A stretch of 49,840 bases of DNA from Candidatus Eiseniibacteriota bacterium. Its GTDB lineage: Bacteria; Eisenbacteria; RBG-16-71-46; SZUA-252. The position numbers and the translations under genes are program-made. Shown in pieces: positions 12,580-22,464 of this stretch. Position 1 is the stretch's first letter. Each line of letters opens with the position of its first letter. The notes under the pieces were generated by a model. It made no database searches, had not been told where the DNA came from, and saw only the letters and a program-made list of their open reading frames with translations. The stretch lies in contig JANMQV010000198.1 in assembly GCA_031370645.1 (NCBI GenBank), positions 1 to 49,840 of the forward strand. The letters run 5' to 3'.

Positions 12580-14295
12580 ATGAGGACGCCCCTTTTGGGG
12601 GTGGCTGCGGGGCTCTTTTGCCTCCTTCTCGCGGGGCTCCCGTCGGGCTCCGCGGCGGGTCGTCCGGGGACAGCCGGCGCCGTCGATTCTCTGGTGGTGC
12701 TCCACACGAACGATGTCCACTCCCATCTCGATCCCTTTGAAGCGAGTAACGGGGAACGGATCGGGGGCGTGGCGGCCCGCGCGATGCTGATCAAGCGCCA
12801 GCGCGGGCTCGGCGGCCGGGTCCTCCTGCTCGACGCCGGCGACCTGGTCCAGGGGACCCCGTACTACAACCGATTCCGCGGCGAGCCCGATCACCGCCTC
12901 TTCGATCTCCTCGGGTACGACGCGCTCGCGCTTGGTAACCACGATCTGGACGACGGCGTGGATGCCTGGTTGGCGCGCGCCGCGAAGACGCGGACCCCCA
13001 TTCTCAGCGCGAACGTCTTCGCCACGGCCGCGCATCCGGCCGCGGGGGGCGCTCGGGACATTCCTCCCGCGTCCGTGACCCGGAACGCGAAGTGGGTCGG
13101 CGGCGGCAAGGTTGCCGCCGGAATCGAGCTCCACCAGATCGCGAAGCCCTACATCATCGTCGAACGAGGCGGACTGAAGATCGCGATCCTCGGCCTCACG
13201 ACGCCCTCGCTCGATCGCATCGTCGCCTCGCGGAAGAACCAGGGCGTTGCGGTCGGGAGTCCAGTCGCCGCCGCGGCTTATTACGTCCCGAAACTGCGGC
13301 GCGAGGCCGACGTCGTCATCGCGCTCACGCATCTCGGGGTCGATCAGGATCGGTGGCTCGTCGATCATGTTCCGGGGATCGATCTCGTCGTCGGCGGACA
13401 TAGCCACACACCGCTCTTCAAGCCGATACTCGAACAGGCGGAAGGCGGGCGCGCCACGCCGATCGTGCAAGCCGGGTCCTATGGGCGCTACCTCGGGAGG
13501 ACCACGCTTCGCTGGAGCGGCGAGCAGGCGAAATCGGCCTTCGGGCGCCTGATTGAGGTTCGGCCCGCCGACGGTGAGACGGCGGAGATTGAAGCGTTCC
13601 TTGCGACGTATCGCTCGCGCCTCGGGTCCGATCTCGATCGAATCGTCTTTCGCTCGCCGAAGCGAGTCGAGTCCTCTTCGCGCCACGAGGGTGATTCCCC
13701 GCTCGGCAACTTCGTCTCGGATGTGTTGCTGGATCGAACGGGCGCCGACCTCGCGGTGATGAACGCGGGAGGCATTCGGGCGCCGCTCCCGGCGGGAGAC
13801 GTGCGCGTCCGAGACATCCTCACGATGCTCCCCTTCGACAACAGCATCGTCGTCGTTTCGATGAACGGGGTCGAAGTCCAGCGGATGCTCGACCGAATCT
13901 CGCGCCACCTCGGGAAGAGCGGCTTCGGGCACGTGTCGGGCGCGTCGTACGTGATCCGGCGCGACCGCGCGACGGAGGTTCGTGTTTGGAAGCGGAGCAC
14001 TTCAGGCCGGCGCGGCGCCGCGGGCGCGTGGGGCGCGACCGTCCGTCGCTCCCGCGACGGCGAACCGCTCGTTGGCAATCGGGTCTACCGCGTCGCCACG
14101 ATCGATTTCTTGGCGGACGGCGGCGACTACTTCGATGAGTTACACAATGCCGCTTCGAAAGAGCGAACCGAGATCCTGCTCTCGGACGCGGCCATCGCGT
14201 TTCTCCGCGCGCATCCCGACTATCGCTTCGGGCAGGACGGCCGCGTGCAGTGGCGCGGCACCGGCGAGGCATTCCGCGACATGGGCGTTCGCTGA
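12580..14295 (+). CDS. exported bifunctional metallophosphatase/5'-nucleotidase
   Basis: Signal peptide; HTNDVH, LDAGD, LGNHD, LTHLG, GGHSH; C-domain NAGGIR, LPFDN. Confidence 0.92.
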   Translation: MRTPLLGVAAGLFCLLLAGLPSGSAAGRPGTAGAVDSLVVLHTNDVHSHLDPFEASNGERIGGVAARAMLIKRQRGLGGRVLLLDAGDLVQGTPYYNRFRGEPDHRLFDLLGYDALALGNHDLDDGVDAWLARAAKTRTPILSANVFATAAHPAAGGARDIPPASVTRNAKWVGGGKVAAGIELHQIAKPYIIVERGGLKIAILGLTTPSLDRIVASRKNQGVAVGSPVAAAAYYVPKLRREADVVIALTHLGVDQDRWLVDHVPGIDLVVGGHSHTPLFKPILEQAEGGRATPIVQAGSYGRYLGRTTLRWSGEQAKSAFGRLIEVRPADGETAEIEAFLATYRSRLGSDLDRIVFRSPKRVESSSRHEGDSPLGNFVSDVLLDRTGADLAVMNAGGIRAPLPAGDVRVRDILTMLPFDNSIVVVSMNGVEVQRMLDRISRHLGKSGFGHVSGASYVIRRDRATEVRVWKRSTSGRRGAAGAWGATVRRSRDGEPLVGNRVYRVATIDFLADGGDYFDELHNAASKERTEILLSDAAIAFLRAHPDYRFGQDGRVQWRGTGEAFRDMGVR

Positions 14296-14330
14296 CCGAA
14301 CGAGCGTAGGCCCTCGCTCGAGCGCGGTCA
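14293..14330. terminator. hairpin between convergent genes (possible bidirectional terminator)
   Basis: TGACCG..CGAGCG / CGCTCG..CGGTCA inverted repeat; no U tract. Confidence 0.35.
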
Positions 14331-14333
14331 CGG

Positions 14334-16052
14334 CTAGCGCGACAGCTCGAGCGCGGCGTCAACGCCGCCGAGATTCGGCGGCACATCGAACGGTCCGAGT
14401 TCGCGTGTCGCGAATCCTTCCGCTCCGATCGTGAGTCGGTACATGCCCGGCGGGAGATTCGGAATCGTATAACCGCCCCCCACGTCGGACCTCGTCTCCC
14501 CCGCGGCGGGTGAATCGCCCGGTGCCGCCCATTCCCCTGCAGCGCCGCCGGTCCGTTCCCACGCCACGCGCGCCCCGACGATCGGCTTTCCGCCGGAGCG
14601 ATCGGTCACGCGCCCCTCGAGAAACGGATAGAAGATCGCGTCCCGCGCGTTCGGGATTCCCCAGCCGTAGTCGTTCGTAGGACGGTCGGCGCGATCGGCG
14701 CTCATGACGATCGCCTCTCGAATCGCTTCGGGTCCCCAGTCGGGGTGCGCTTCCACGACGAGTGCCGCGAGTCCGGCGACGAGCGGCGTGGAGTAGGAGG
14801 TGCCGCTCCCGCGATGATAGCGGTCGAGGGACCCCGCGCTCGCGACGAGCACTTGGGAGCCGGGCCCCACGACGTCCGGCTTGATTCGTCCGTCGCCCGT
14901 GGGACCTCGCGACGAAAATCCCACGATTCGTCCGGCGAGCGACGTGGCCCCTACCGTGATGTTCCCCGGCGCGTCGGCCGGCGCGCCGAGCGTTTGCGGT
15001 CTCGGTCCCTGGTTTCCCGCCGAATTGAGCATCACGACTCCACGCTCCCACGCGAGATTCGACATCCGCGTGGTGATCGCGGTTCGGCCGTCGAAATCGG
15101 GGCTGCGATACCAGCCCGTGTAGGAAAGCGAGGTCGTGATGACGTCGGCGCCCATCGCCTCGGCCCACTCGATCCCGGCGCACCAGAAATCCTCCTCGAT
15201 CTCCGTCTCCGAGCCGCTCTGCTCCGTCTTCGCGAGCACGAACGCGGCGCGAGGGGCGGCGCCGATCATCTTCCCGGGGCGATACGCCGCGATCAGGCTC
15301 AGGACCTGTGTGCCGTGATTCTGCGATCCGGGCGGGTCCCTCGGGATGTGGGAGCGGTCGTCGGAGGGATCGTCGTCCCCTTGCACGAAGTCGTGCTCGC
15401 CGCGGAGGTCGAGTTCGCGGAATACCTCGTGTCGAAGCGTGAAGCCGCTGTCGAGGACGCCGATCACGACTCCTTCGCCGTGATAGCCGAGCGCGTGCGC
15501 CTCGAGAATTCCGAGCGGGGCGAGCTGCGAATACGCGGGCCCCGCCTCTTCGACGTCGCCCGGTTCGAGTTCGTCCACCGCTCGATCGTCCGCTTGGAGG
15601 GTCGCAAGCAGTCTCACTTCGGAGACGAAGGCGAGCGAGCGAATGGAGCGAAGCGCCTCCGGCTCGGCTTCCACGCTGGCGGCGTTCAGCCATCGCGAGA
15701 CGGTCCGCACACGCCCCCCCGCGGCGCGAACAGCGTCGAGGTAGCGGGATGCGGGGGCGGCGTCCATGCGCGGATCGATTGTGACGGCCGGATCCCCCAG
15801 CGCTTCGCGTTCGCGGCGCGCTTTCTCTCGCCGCGCCAGCGCGTGGGACGTTGGGAGGAGTTCGGAGGAAGCGACGGCGGAGTCTCGGTCGCGAAAGAAG
15901 ACCCAGGCGGGGGTGGCGGGCTCCGCTTCGATGCCGGCGGCAGTCGCGGCGCCGGCACTCACGGCGGCGTCGGCGGCAAGAGCGACGGCGGATCCCGCAA
16001 CCAGCACCGTCGCGATCACGACGGCGGCGGAGACGTTCCGAGCCAACGCCAT
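14334..16052 (-). CDS. exported S8 (subtilisin) serine peptidase with C-terminal carboxypeptidase-regulatory-like domain
   Basis: Triad motifs VLDSG, NHGT, GTSYSTP; oxyanion AGN; C-terminal EGRVTD..PIVGARV..PPGMY. Confidence 0.9.
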   Translation of the reverse strand: MALARNVSAAVVIATVLVAGSAVALAADAAVSAGAATAAGIEAEPATPAWVFFRDRDSAVASSELLPTSHALARREKARREREALGDPAVTIDPRMDAAPASRYLDAVRAAGGRVRTVSRWLNAASVEAEPEALRSIRSLAFVSEVRLLATLQADDRAVDELEPGDVEEAGPAYSQLAPLGILEAHALGYHGEGVVIGVLDSGFTLRHEVFRELDLRGEHDFVQGDDDPSDDRSHIPRDPPGSQNHGTQVLSLIAAYRPGKMIGAAPRAAFVLAKTEQSGSETEIEEDFWCAGIEWAEAMGADVITTSLSYTGWYRSPDFDGRTAITTRMSNLAWERGVVMLNSAGNQGPRPQTLGAPADAPGNITVGATSLAGRIVGFSSRGPTGDGRIKPDVVGPGSQVLVASAGSLDRYHRGSGTSYSTPLVAGLAALVVEAHPDWGPEAIREAIVMSADRADRPTNDYGWGIPNARDAIFYPFLEGRVTDRSGGKPIVGARVAWERTGGAAGEWAAPGDSPAAGETRSDVGGGYTIPNLPPGMYRLTIGAEGFATRELGPFDVPPNLGGVDAALELSR

Positions 16053-16055
16053 CGT

Positions 16056-17501
16056 CTAGTACGTGTAGCGGACCGTGTAGGTGAGCGTGCTCTCGCCGCG
16101 GGCTGGGACCTTTACATCGAACTCGATCGACTCCGCCGATTTCTGTCGGTAGTCGCTCGACTTCTGCGTGATCTCCCACGTGCCGTAGAGCGTTTCCGTC
16201 ACGGTGACGGCCGCTTCGGAGGCGCCCGCGTTTCGGAGCCGGATCGTGAATTGGTCCTCGGTCACGTTTCGCGCCGTTCTCGTGTGCGAGAGCCGCTTCC
16301 GTTCACCCGTGATGTCGAAGGCGACGCCGCAGAAGAGGCGAACACGCTCCCCGGCCGGTGTATGGTCGATCGTGTCCTCTCCGATCCACGCCATCGCCCC
16401 AGTTCCGGAGCCGGAGGGATCGAGACCGAAGACGCGGACGCGCCCCGCGGGTAACGGCGCTCCGAGTCCACTCTGCTTGTCGTTCGTGAAGACCACTTCC
16501 GCACGCACCTTCGCCCCGTCCTTCGCGCCGTCGTAGCGATAGGCGCGCGAGGCGGCGATCTTGGGCGCGCGGACGAGCGGGACCTGAAGCGAGCCCCACG
16601 CCGGCAAGTCGACGGGCTCGTCGACGCGATAGAGGTGGTAGGCGAAGAGTCCGTTGGGTCGCGGCGCATCCGCCGGTGCGCGATCGTCGAACTCCGAGAG
16701 CGCGGGATCGGGAGAGCCCCCCACGCGATGGAGTTCCCCCGCCACAAGCGATACGCGCGCCCCGCGATACGAGGCGCCCGACCGGTTGGCGATCGTGGCC
16801 CACCCCGAAAGCGCCAGGGATCGCTCGCCTCGTTCCAACGTCGCGGTGTATTCGGTTGTCCAACCGAGCGCGCGTGTGAGGTAGGTGAGGAGGACGTTTC
16901 GCTCCCCGGCCCGCTCGGCCCGAACCCGCCATCGGAGCGAGGGGCGAGTGGAGAGGGCGGGAGCGCCGCGGCGCGCGGGGAACTCGATCTCTTGCAGTTG
17001 TCCGCGCTTCACCATCAAAAGCACGTCGGTCGAGTCGCGGCGGCGGATGAAGAGGTCGTCGCCGTCGATGCCTTCGAGCACGCCGCGCGCCGGACGGTTC
17101 TGCCAGCGGAAGAAGATCGAGTCGCCGAGGAAATTCCGGAACACCTTGTCGCCGCTCCAGAGGTCGTAGTGAAACGATTGCTCGCGGACGTCGAAGTCGG
17201 CGCCTTCGAGGCGCACGGACGTGGAGTCGAGCCGCTGCGGCACGCCCTCCAATCCGACGACGTTCTCCCCTTTCGTCAGGGAAACCCGGCGAGGATCGCG
17301 AACGTAGGCTACGTCATCGGAGTAGATGACCACGTCGGGCGGACCGGCAGGCTCAAGATCGCTCGACGGAGCGAGTCGCGCGGAAGCCTCGGTCGCGGCG
17401 GCTCGCGACGTGCCTGCCGGTAAGGCGGCAAGAATCCCCGCGAGTGCGAAGACCGCGGTCCGAAGCGTTCGGAAGTGATGGGGCCAGCAGGGGAAATTCA
17501 T
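16056..17501 (-). CDS. exported DUF4139-domain protein
   Basis: VVIYSD..VRD, YLTRALGW..Y, LVAG, PLPAGRVRVF, IGEDTIDHTP, AFDI; signal-like N-terminus. Confidence 0.78.
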   Translation of the reverse strand: MNFPCWPHHFRTLRTAVFALAGILAALPAGTSRAAATEASARLAPSSDLEPAGPPDVVIYSDDVAYVRDPRRVSLTKGENVVGLEGVPQRLDSTSVRLEGADFDVREQSFHYDLWSGDKVFRNFLGDSIFFRWQNRPARGVLEGIDGDDLFIRRRDSTDVLLMVKRGQLQEIEFPARRGAPALSTRPSLRWRVRAERAGERNVLLTYLTRALGWTTEYTATLERGERSLALSGWATIANRSGASYRGARVSLVAGELHRVGGSPDPALSEFDDRAPADAPRPNGLFAYHLYRVDEPVDLPAWGSLQVPLVRAPKIAASRAYRYDGAKDGAKVRAEVVFTNDKQSGLGAPLPAGRVRVFGLDPSGSGTGAMAWIGEDTIDHTPAGERVRLFCGVAFDITGERKRLSHTRTARNVTEDQFTIRLRNAGASEAAVTVTETLYGTWEITQKSSDYRQKSAESIEFDVKVPARGESTLTYTVRYTY

Positions 17502-17603
17502 TTGTCGTCGTACGGTACGCGCGCGGCAATTCCGGGTCAAACATTCCGTTGACACTCCCGGAGGGGTGCACCTACCGTCGCTCGAGTGGAGGTGATTCAC
17601 ATC

Positions 17604-17807
17604 ATGCGTAAGCGCGGAACCGTGAAGTGGTTCAACGAGTCGAAGGGCTTCGGCTTCATCTCCCAGCCGGGCGGCGAAGACGTATTCGTCCACTACTCAG
17701 CGATCCAAGGCGAAGGCTTCAAAACCCTGGCCGAAGGCCAAGCCGTGGAGTTCGAAGTCGTGGAAGGCGATAAGGGAAAGCAAGCCGCGAACGTAATGGC
17801 CGTTTAG
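17604..17807 (+). CDS. cold-shock protein (CspA family)
   Basis: [40 protein letters not shown]. Confidence 0.96.
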   Translation: MRKRGTVKWFNESKGFGFISQPGGEDVFVHYSAIQGEGFKTLAEGQAVEFEVVEGDKGKQAANVMAV

Positions 17808-17862
17808 AGCGATAGCGGTCTAGACAAGCCAAGTGAGAGATCGGTAATTCGAGGCTCGGCGC

Positions 17863-17891
17863 CCCGGAGGGAGGCGGTTACCTCCCCCGGG
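17863..17891 (+). terminator. probable terminator hairpin after csp
   Basis: CCCGGAGGGAGG-CGGTTA-CCTCCCCCGGG stem, weak T-rich tail. Confidence 0.5.
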
Positions 17892-17939
17892 TGTGCGTTG
17901 GTGTTGCAGGGTGCTTTCCTCTATACTCCCACGCTCGTT

Positions 17940-20009
17940 ATGGTTGAAGACCCGCCGAACCTGGAAGACCCCTCGCCGGCGCCATTGCCGGGGCCGCCGC
18001 CTGGCGAGCCGCTCCCTGAGTACGAGGAGCCGGCGTCGGTCCGTTTTTTCCAACGCGCCTGGGCCGCCGTCATCGGGCCCGCTCGAAGGATCACCGACCC
18101 CGCACTCTTCCACAAGATCACCCTCGCCGCGTTCCTCGCCTGGGTAGGGCTTGGCGCCGACGGACTTTCTTCCTCGGCGTACGGACCGGAAGCAGCGTTC
18201 CTGGCGCTTCGGGAGCACACCTTCCTCGCGATCCCGCTCGCCGTGATGGTCGCGATCACGGTCATGGTGATCGCGGCATCGTACATCCGAATCATCGAGC
18301 GCTTCCCCGCCGGCGGCGGCGGTTATGTGGTCGCGACGAAACTCCTCGGGCCGGGAGCGGGACTCATCTCCGGCGCGGCGCTCCTCGTCGACTATGTTCT
18401 CACCGTCGCCATTTCGCTCGCGGCCTGCAGCGAATCGATCTTCAGCCTCCTTCCGGCTTCGGTGCATTTCACGTACTTGCCGGTCACTTTCCTGCTCCTC
18501 GGGCTCCTCACGGTGCTCAATCTGCGCGGCGTGCGGGAGTCGGTCGCGCTCATTTCCCCCATCTTCCTCCTCTTCGTGGTGAGTCACGTGATCGCGTTGA
18601 TCGCGGGAATCGCCTTCGCCTGGAACCAGGTTCCGATGGAGATCCACCATCTCCGCGAGCAGTCGGCGGTGTCGGTGCAGCAGATCGGATGGCTGGGACT
18701 CCTGATGATCCTCTTCCGCGCCTTCACGCTCGGCGGCGGAACGTTTACCGGAATCGAGGCCGTCTCGAACGGCGTTCCGATGCTTCGGGAGCCGAAGACC
18801 GAGACCGCGAAGGCGACGATGCGTTACATGGCCATCTCGCTCGCGCTCATCGCGTCGGGGATTCTGGTCAACTACCTCCTCTATCAGGTGAGCCACGTTC
18901 CCGGGAAGACGTTGAACGCCGTTCTCTGGCGCGCGGTGCTCGGCAATATCTTCACGACCGGGAGCAATCTCCCCGACATCCTCACGGGCGTCATTCTCGT
19001 CTCGGAAGGCGCGCTCCTCTTCGTCGCCGCGCAGACCGGATTCCTCGGCGGACCTCGCGTTCTCGTCTACATGGCATTCGACCGCTGGGCGCCGTCGCGC
19101 TTCGGAAACCTCTCCGAGCGGCTCGTCACGTCGAACGGCGTTCTCTTTATCGCCATCTCCGCCGGCGTCACGCTCCTTCTCACGCAGGGGAAGGTGCACA
19201 TCCTGGTCGTGCTCTATTCGATCAACGTCTTCCTCACGTTCGCGCTCGCGCAGCTCGCCATGTGCCGCGACGCGTTGATTCTCCGGAAGGAAGGACAACC
19301 GTGGGTCCGGCCGATCCTGATCAGCGGGCTCGGCTTCGTGGTGACCGGATCGCTTCTCGTGGGAACCATCACGTTCAAGTTCATGGACGGAGGATGGGCC
19401 ACGCTTCTGGTGACGGGGCTCCTCTGCATCGTCGGTCTCGCGATTCGCCGGCACTACAGCAGAACCACGGTGAGTCTCCGCCGCCTCGACGAGAGCCTCA
19501 CCACCGTGCCGCTTCCGAGCCACGAGCCGAACTCGCAGCCACTCAAGCGGACGGCGCAAACGGCGGTCTTGACCGTGACCTCGTTCGGCGGGCTGGGGAT
19601 CCATACGCTGCTCAATCTCTTCCGCGTCTTTCCGAACCAGTTCAAGCAGGTCGTCTTCATCTCGATCGGCATGATCGATTCGGGCCGGTTCAAGGGAAAG
19701 GACGAGCTCGACCATCTTCGCGCGAGCACGGAGCAGGAGTTGCGGAAGTACGTGGAGTTCGCGCGGCGGATCGGTGTGCCGGCCGAGTATCGCTACGCGC
19801 TCGGCACCGACATCGTGGACGAGTTGGAGACGCTCTGCCTGGAGATCAACGAATCGTATCCGCGCTCGGTCGCCTTCGGTGGGCAGTTGGTGTTCCAGAA
19901 GGAGGGGGCCGCAAACCGCTGGCTCCACAATCAGACCTGCGCCGCGTTGCAGCGCCGCCTCGCGTTTCACGGACTCCCCATGGTGATTCTGCCCGTTCGC
20001 GTCTACTAG
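17940..20009 (+). CDS. APC superfamily permease, KimA/YdaO-like (putative K+ importer)
   Basis: ADGLSSSAYGPE, GGGGY, LLVDYVLTVAIS, LNLRGVRES, TGIEAVSNG, about 12 TMs plus cytosolic C-domain. Confidence 0.85.
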   Translation: MVEDPPNLEDPSPAPLPGPPPGEPLPEYEEPASVRFFQRAWAAVIGPARRITDPALFHKITLAAFLAWVGLGADGLSSSAYGPEAAFLALREHTFLAIPLAVMVAITVMVIAASYIRIIERFPAGGGGYVVATKLLGPGAGLISGAALLVDYVLTVAISLAACSESIFSLLPASVHFTYLPVTFLLLGLLTVLNLRGVRESVALISPIFLLFVVSHVIALIAGIAFAWNQVPMEIHHLREQSAVSVQQIGWLGLLMILFRAFTLGGGTFTGIEAVSNGVPMLREPKTETAKATMRYMAISLALIASGILVNYLLYQVSHVPGKTLNAVLWRAVLGNIFTTGSNLPDILTGVILVSEGALLFVAAQTGFLGGPRVLVYMAFDRWAPSRFGNLSERLVTSNGVLFIAISAGVTLLLTQGKVHILVVLYSINVFLTFALAQLAMCRDALILRKEGQPWVRPILISGLGFVVTGSLLVGTITFKFMDGGWATLLVTGLLCIVGLAIRRHYSRTTVSLRRLDESLTTVPLPSHEPNSQPLKRTAQTAVLTVTSFGGLGIHTLLNLFRVFPNQFKQVVFISIGMIDSGRFKGKDELDHLRASTEQELRKYVEFARRIGVPAEYRYALGTDIVDELETLCLEINESYPRSVAFGGQLVFQKEGAANRWLHNQTCAALQRRLAFHGLPMVILPVRVY

Positions 20010-20498
20010 TCGCGCGCCGTCCGGGAAGGACGGCGGGGGTCCGGCCGGTTCGTGGTAGAGGTGGGGACCGGAACACCCCGCCGCAAGTCGTGCCCACGGG
20101 AATCGCGACCGCGCGAACTCCGCACCTCCCGGCCAAGACGCCCCTCCCTCCGAGGCGTCCCGGAACTTCCCGCGCGACCACGCCGATCGCTGTCTCGCGG
20201 CCAGCGCCCGCCGGCCGCCGCGGTACCGTTCCCCCCATCGCACTCGGAGCCTGCGCTTCCGCGGCCCGTGGGTTGCGCCGTTCGCGCCCCGCAAGCGGGA
20301 GCGGGGCCGATGCGGCGCATGGGGGTGCTGGGCAAGACGCGTGCCCGCCGGGGGAGTGCTCCCGCTGCGCGCTAATCGATTGCGGGGACGCGTTGGTGCG
20401 CGAGGGGCGGGTGGCCTCGATGGCGTCACGGCGTCAGCGATCCGACGCCGTCGAACCGCACCTTGACGCCCTGCCCTGCTACCGGCCACCCTTCCGCC

Positions 20499-21038
20499 AT
20501 GCACTTCGACAGTCCCCGGCTTCGGACGACACGCCTCGAACTCGTCGCCGCCACTCTCCAGATGGCGATCGCGGAACGAGACGATCGCGGCTCTCTGGAG
20601 CGCGACTATGGCATTCGGCTCGCGCTCCCGTGGCCCCCGCCGCTAAACGACGAGGCATCGCTCGCCTGGTCGATCAGCGTCCTGCGCGAAGCGAAGGGGG
20701 AGGCGGGTTGGGGATTCTGGTACCTCACGCTCCCGGCCTCCGAGGAGGGCGAGCCGCTCCTGGCCGTCGGCAACGGCGGATTCCGAGGAGGGCCGGACAG
20801 CACAGGGACCGTGGAGATCGGCTACGCCGTGCTCGAGGAGTACCAGAGGCGCGGGTACGCGAGCGAGGCGGTGGAGGCGCTGGTGGCGTGGGCGTTCTTG
20901 CAGCCGGGAGTGCGCCGCGTCATCGCGGAGACGTATGCCGTTCTGATCGGCTCGATCGGAGTGCTTCGAAAGACAGGGTTCCGCGAAATCGGCCCGGGCT
21001 CAGATGAAGGCGTGATTCGATTCGAGAGGTTCCCGTAA
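20499..21038 (+). CDS. GNAT acetyltransferase (RimJ/RimL type)
   Basis: LRTTRLEL, GTVEIGYAV, QRRGYASEA, SIGVLRKTGF. Confidence 0.88.
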   Translation: MHFDSPRLRTTRLELVAATLQMAIAERDDRGSLERDYGIRLALPWPPPLNDEASLAWSISVLREAKGEAGWGFWYLTLPASEEGEPLLAVGNGGFRGGPDSTGTVEIGYAVLEEYQRRGYASEAVEALVAWAFLQPGVRRVIAETYAVLIGSIGVLRKTGFREIGPGSDEGVIRFERFP

Positions 21039-21109
21039 CGCTTCGCGGTGCCGCCCCTACCGATAGATCGACTTGATCGAGCCCCAGGTCGTCGGCGTGA
21101 GCGCCGTCG

Positions 21110-22432
21110 TCACCGCGCCGAATTTCTGGACGCGCGCGTTGTCTTTGTCCGCTTGCTCGCGCCTCGCGCGAGGTAGTCCACGAGCACCCGCGCCATCGCG
21201 CGCGAGCCTACCCCGATCGCCGCCTCATCGACCGCGAATCCGGGCGAATGCGGCATCCCGACGATTCCCTTCTTCTCGTTCGACACTCCGAGGAAGTACA
21301 TCGCGCCGGGGACCCGCTTCAGGAAGTGGGAAAAGTCCTCGCTGAAATAGCGGGAGCCGCGCGGCAAGATTTCCAGCCGATCCTTGCCGAGCGAGCGACG
21401 AAGAGCGGGGTAGGTGGCGCGCACCGTCTCGAGGTAGTTCACCGTGGCGGGGACGATCGAGTGTTGGTAGGCGAGTTCGGCCTTCACGTCCGGTAGCGCG
21501 AGCGCCGCGACTTTCGCGCGGAGGTCGCGCTCCACGCGAGCGAAGATCGTCTCGCTCGCCGCGTGGATGCCGCCCGCGACCGCCACGCCGTGGTCGCCGT
21601 CGGGAAGACCTTGGTTCCAGATTTCGACGCCGACGAACGAATCGGCAGCGGCGCCCTGTCGCGGCGTTTCCATTCCACGGAGGAGCGCAACGGCGGCTCT
21701 CGCGGCCGCGCCGAGGTCGCCCGCGCCGGATAGATGAATGGTCGCGGCATCGAGACCCGGGAGCACGAGCCCTTCGATAGCGGCGATCGTGCCGACTTCG
21801 AACGGCGCACAGTGAAGCGCGAAGACCGCGCTCGGGGTCGGATTGTCGAGCGCGCCGGCGTCGATCATCGCGCGCGCCCCTTCGGTCGTCTCCTCCGCCG
21901 GCTGGAAATAGAACACTGCGGTGCCGGGGAGATCGCGCTTCACCGAAGCCAGCGCCGTCGCCACCCCGAGGCCGACGGCGGTGTGCACGTCATGACCGCA
22001 ACTGTGACGGACGCCGGGGATGATGGAGCGGAAGTCGACCGGGTCGGGATCGCGCGACGGAACGGCGTCCATGTCGGCGCGATAGCCGACGACGGGTCCG
22101 GGCTTCCCTCCCCGGAGAACGGCGACGATGCCATGGCCTCCGACGCCGGTGCGAACTTGGAGCCCAAGGGCGCGGAGCTGCTTCGCGACGAGAGCGGAGG
22201 TGCGCGATTCCTGGCCCGCGACCTCGGGGTGGCGATGAATGTCGCGGCGGGTTTCGATGAGGGCGGGGAGCGCGGCTTGAATTCGCGCATCCATCTGCCC
22301 CTCGAGTGAAGGGCGCGCGCGCGGAGGCGACGGGGTGGCGGCGTCGGCGAAGCCAGGCAACGTTACGCCGGCCACGAGTAGCACGGGGCCCAGCAGAAGA
22401 GAGCAAATCTGGCGGTACGACAAACGGAGCAT
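21110..22432 (-). CDS. M20 family amidohydrolase with signal peptide
   Basis: RRDIHRHPE, RADMDA, HSCGHD, FQPAEE, SEDFS, HSPGF; GGAGGAG RBS. Confidence 0.88.
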   Translation of the reverse strand: MLRLSYRQICSLLLGPVLLVAGVTLPGFADAATPSPPRARPSLEGQMDARIQAALPALIETRRDIHRHPEVAGQESRTSALVAKQLRALGLQVRTGVGGHGIVAVLRGGKPGPVVGYRADMDAVPSRDPDPVDFRSIIPGVRHSCGHDVHTAVGLGVATALASVKRDLPGTAVFYFQPAEETTEGARAMIDAGALDNPTPSAVFALHCAPFEVGTIAAIEGLVLPGLDAATIHLSGAGDLGAAARAAVALLRGMETPRQGAAADSFVGVEIWNQGLPDGDHGVAVAGGIHAASETIFARVERDLRAKVAALALPDVKAELAYQHSIVPATVNYLETVRATYPALRRSLGKDRLEILPRGSRYFSEDFSHFLKRVPGAMYFLGVSNEKKGIVGMPHSPGFAVDEAAIGVGSRAMARVLVDYLARGASKRTKTTRASRNSAR

Positions 22433-22464
22433 CGAGACTCCTCCCCCACGGGAGCCGGCTGCGC

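Noticed and set aside
11983-13932. 649-aa ORF and the 197-aa ORF at 11705-12298 as fusion proteins
   Set aside because: Only their 3' ends are real genes, with their own RBS and starts at 12324 and 11914; the upstream parts are antisense or alternate-frame.
17808-17939. Possible c-di-AMP (ydaO) riboswitch upstream of the KimA-like gene
   Set aside because: The conserved ydaO sequence blocks are not visible; only one terminator-like hairpin is present.
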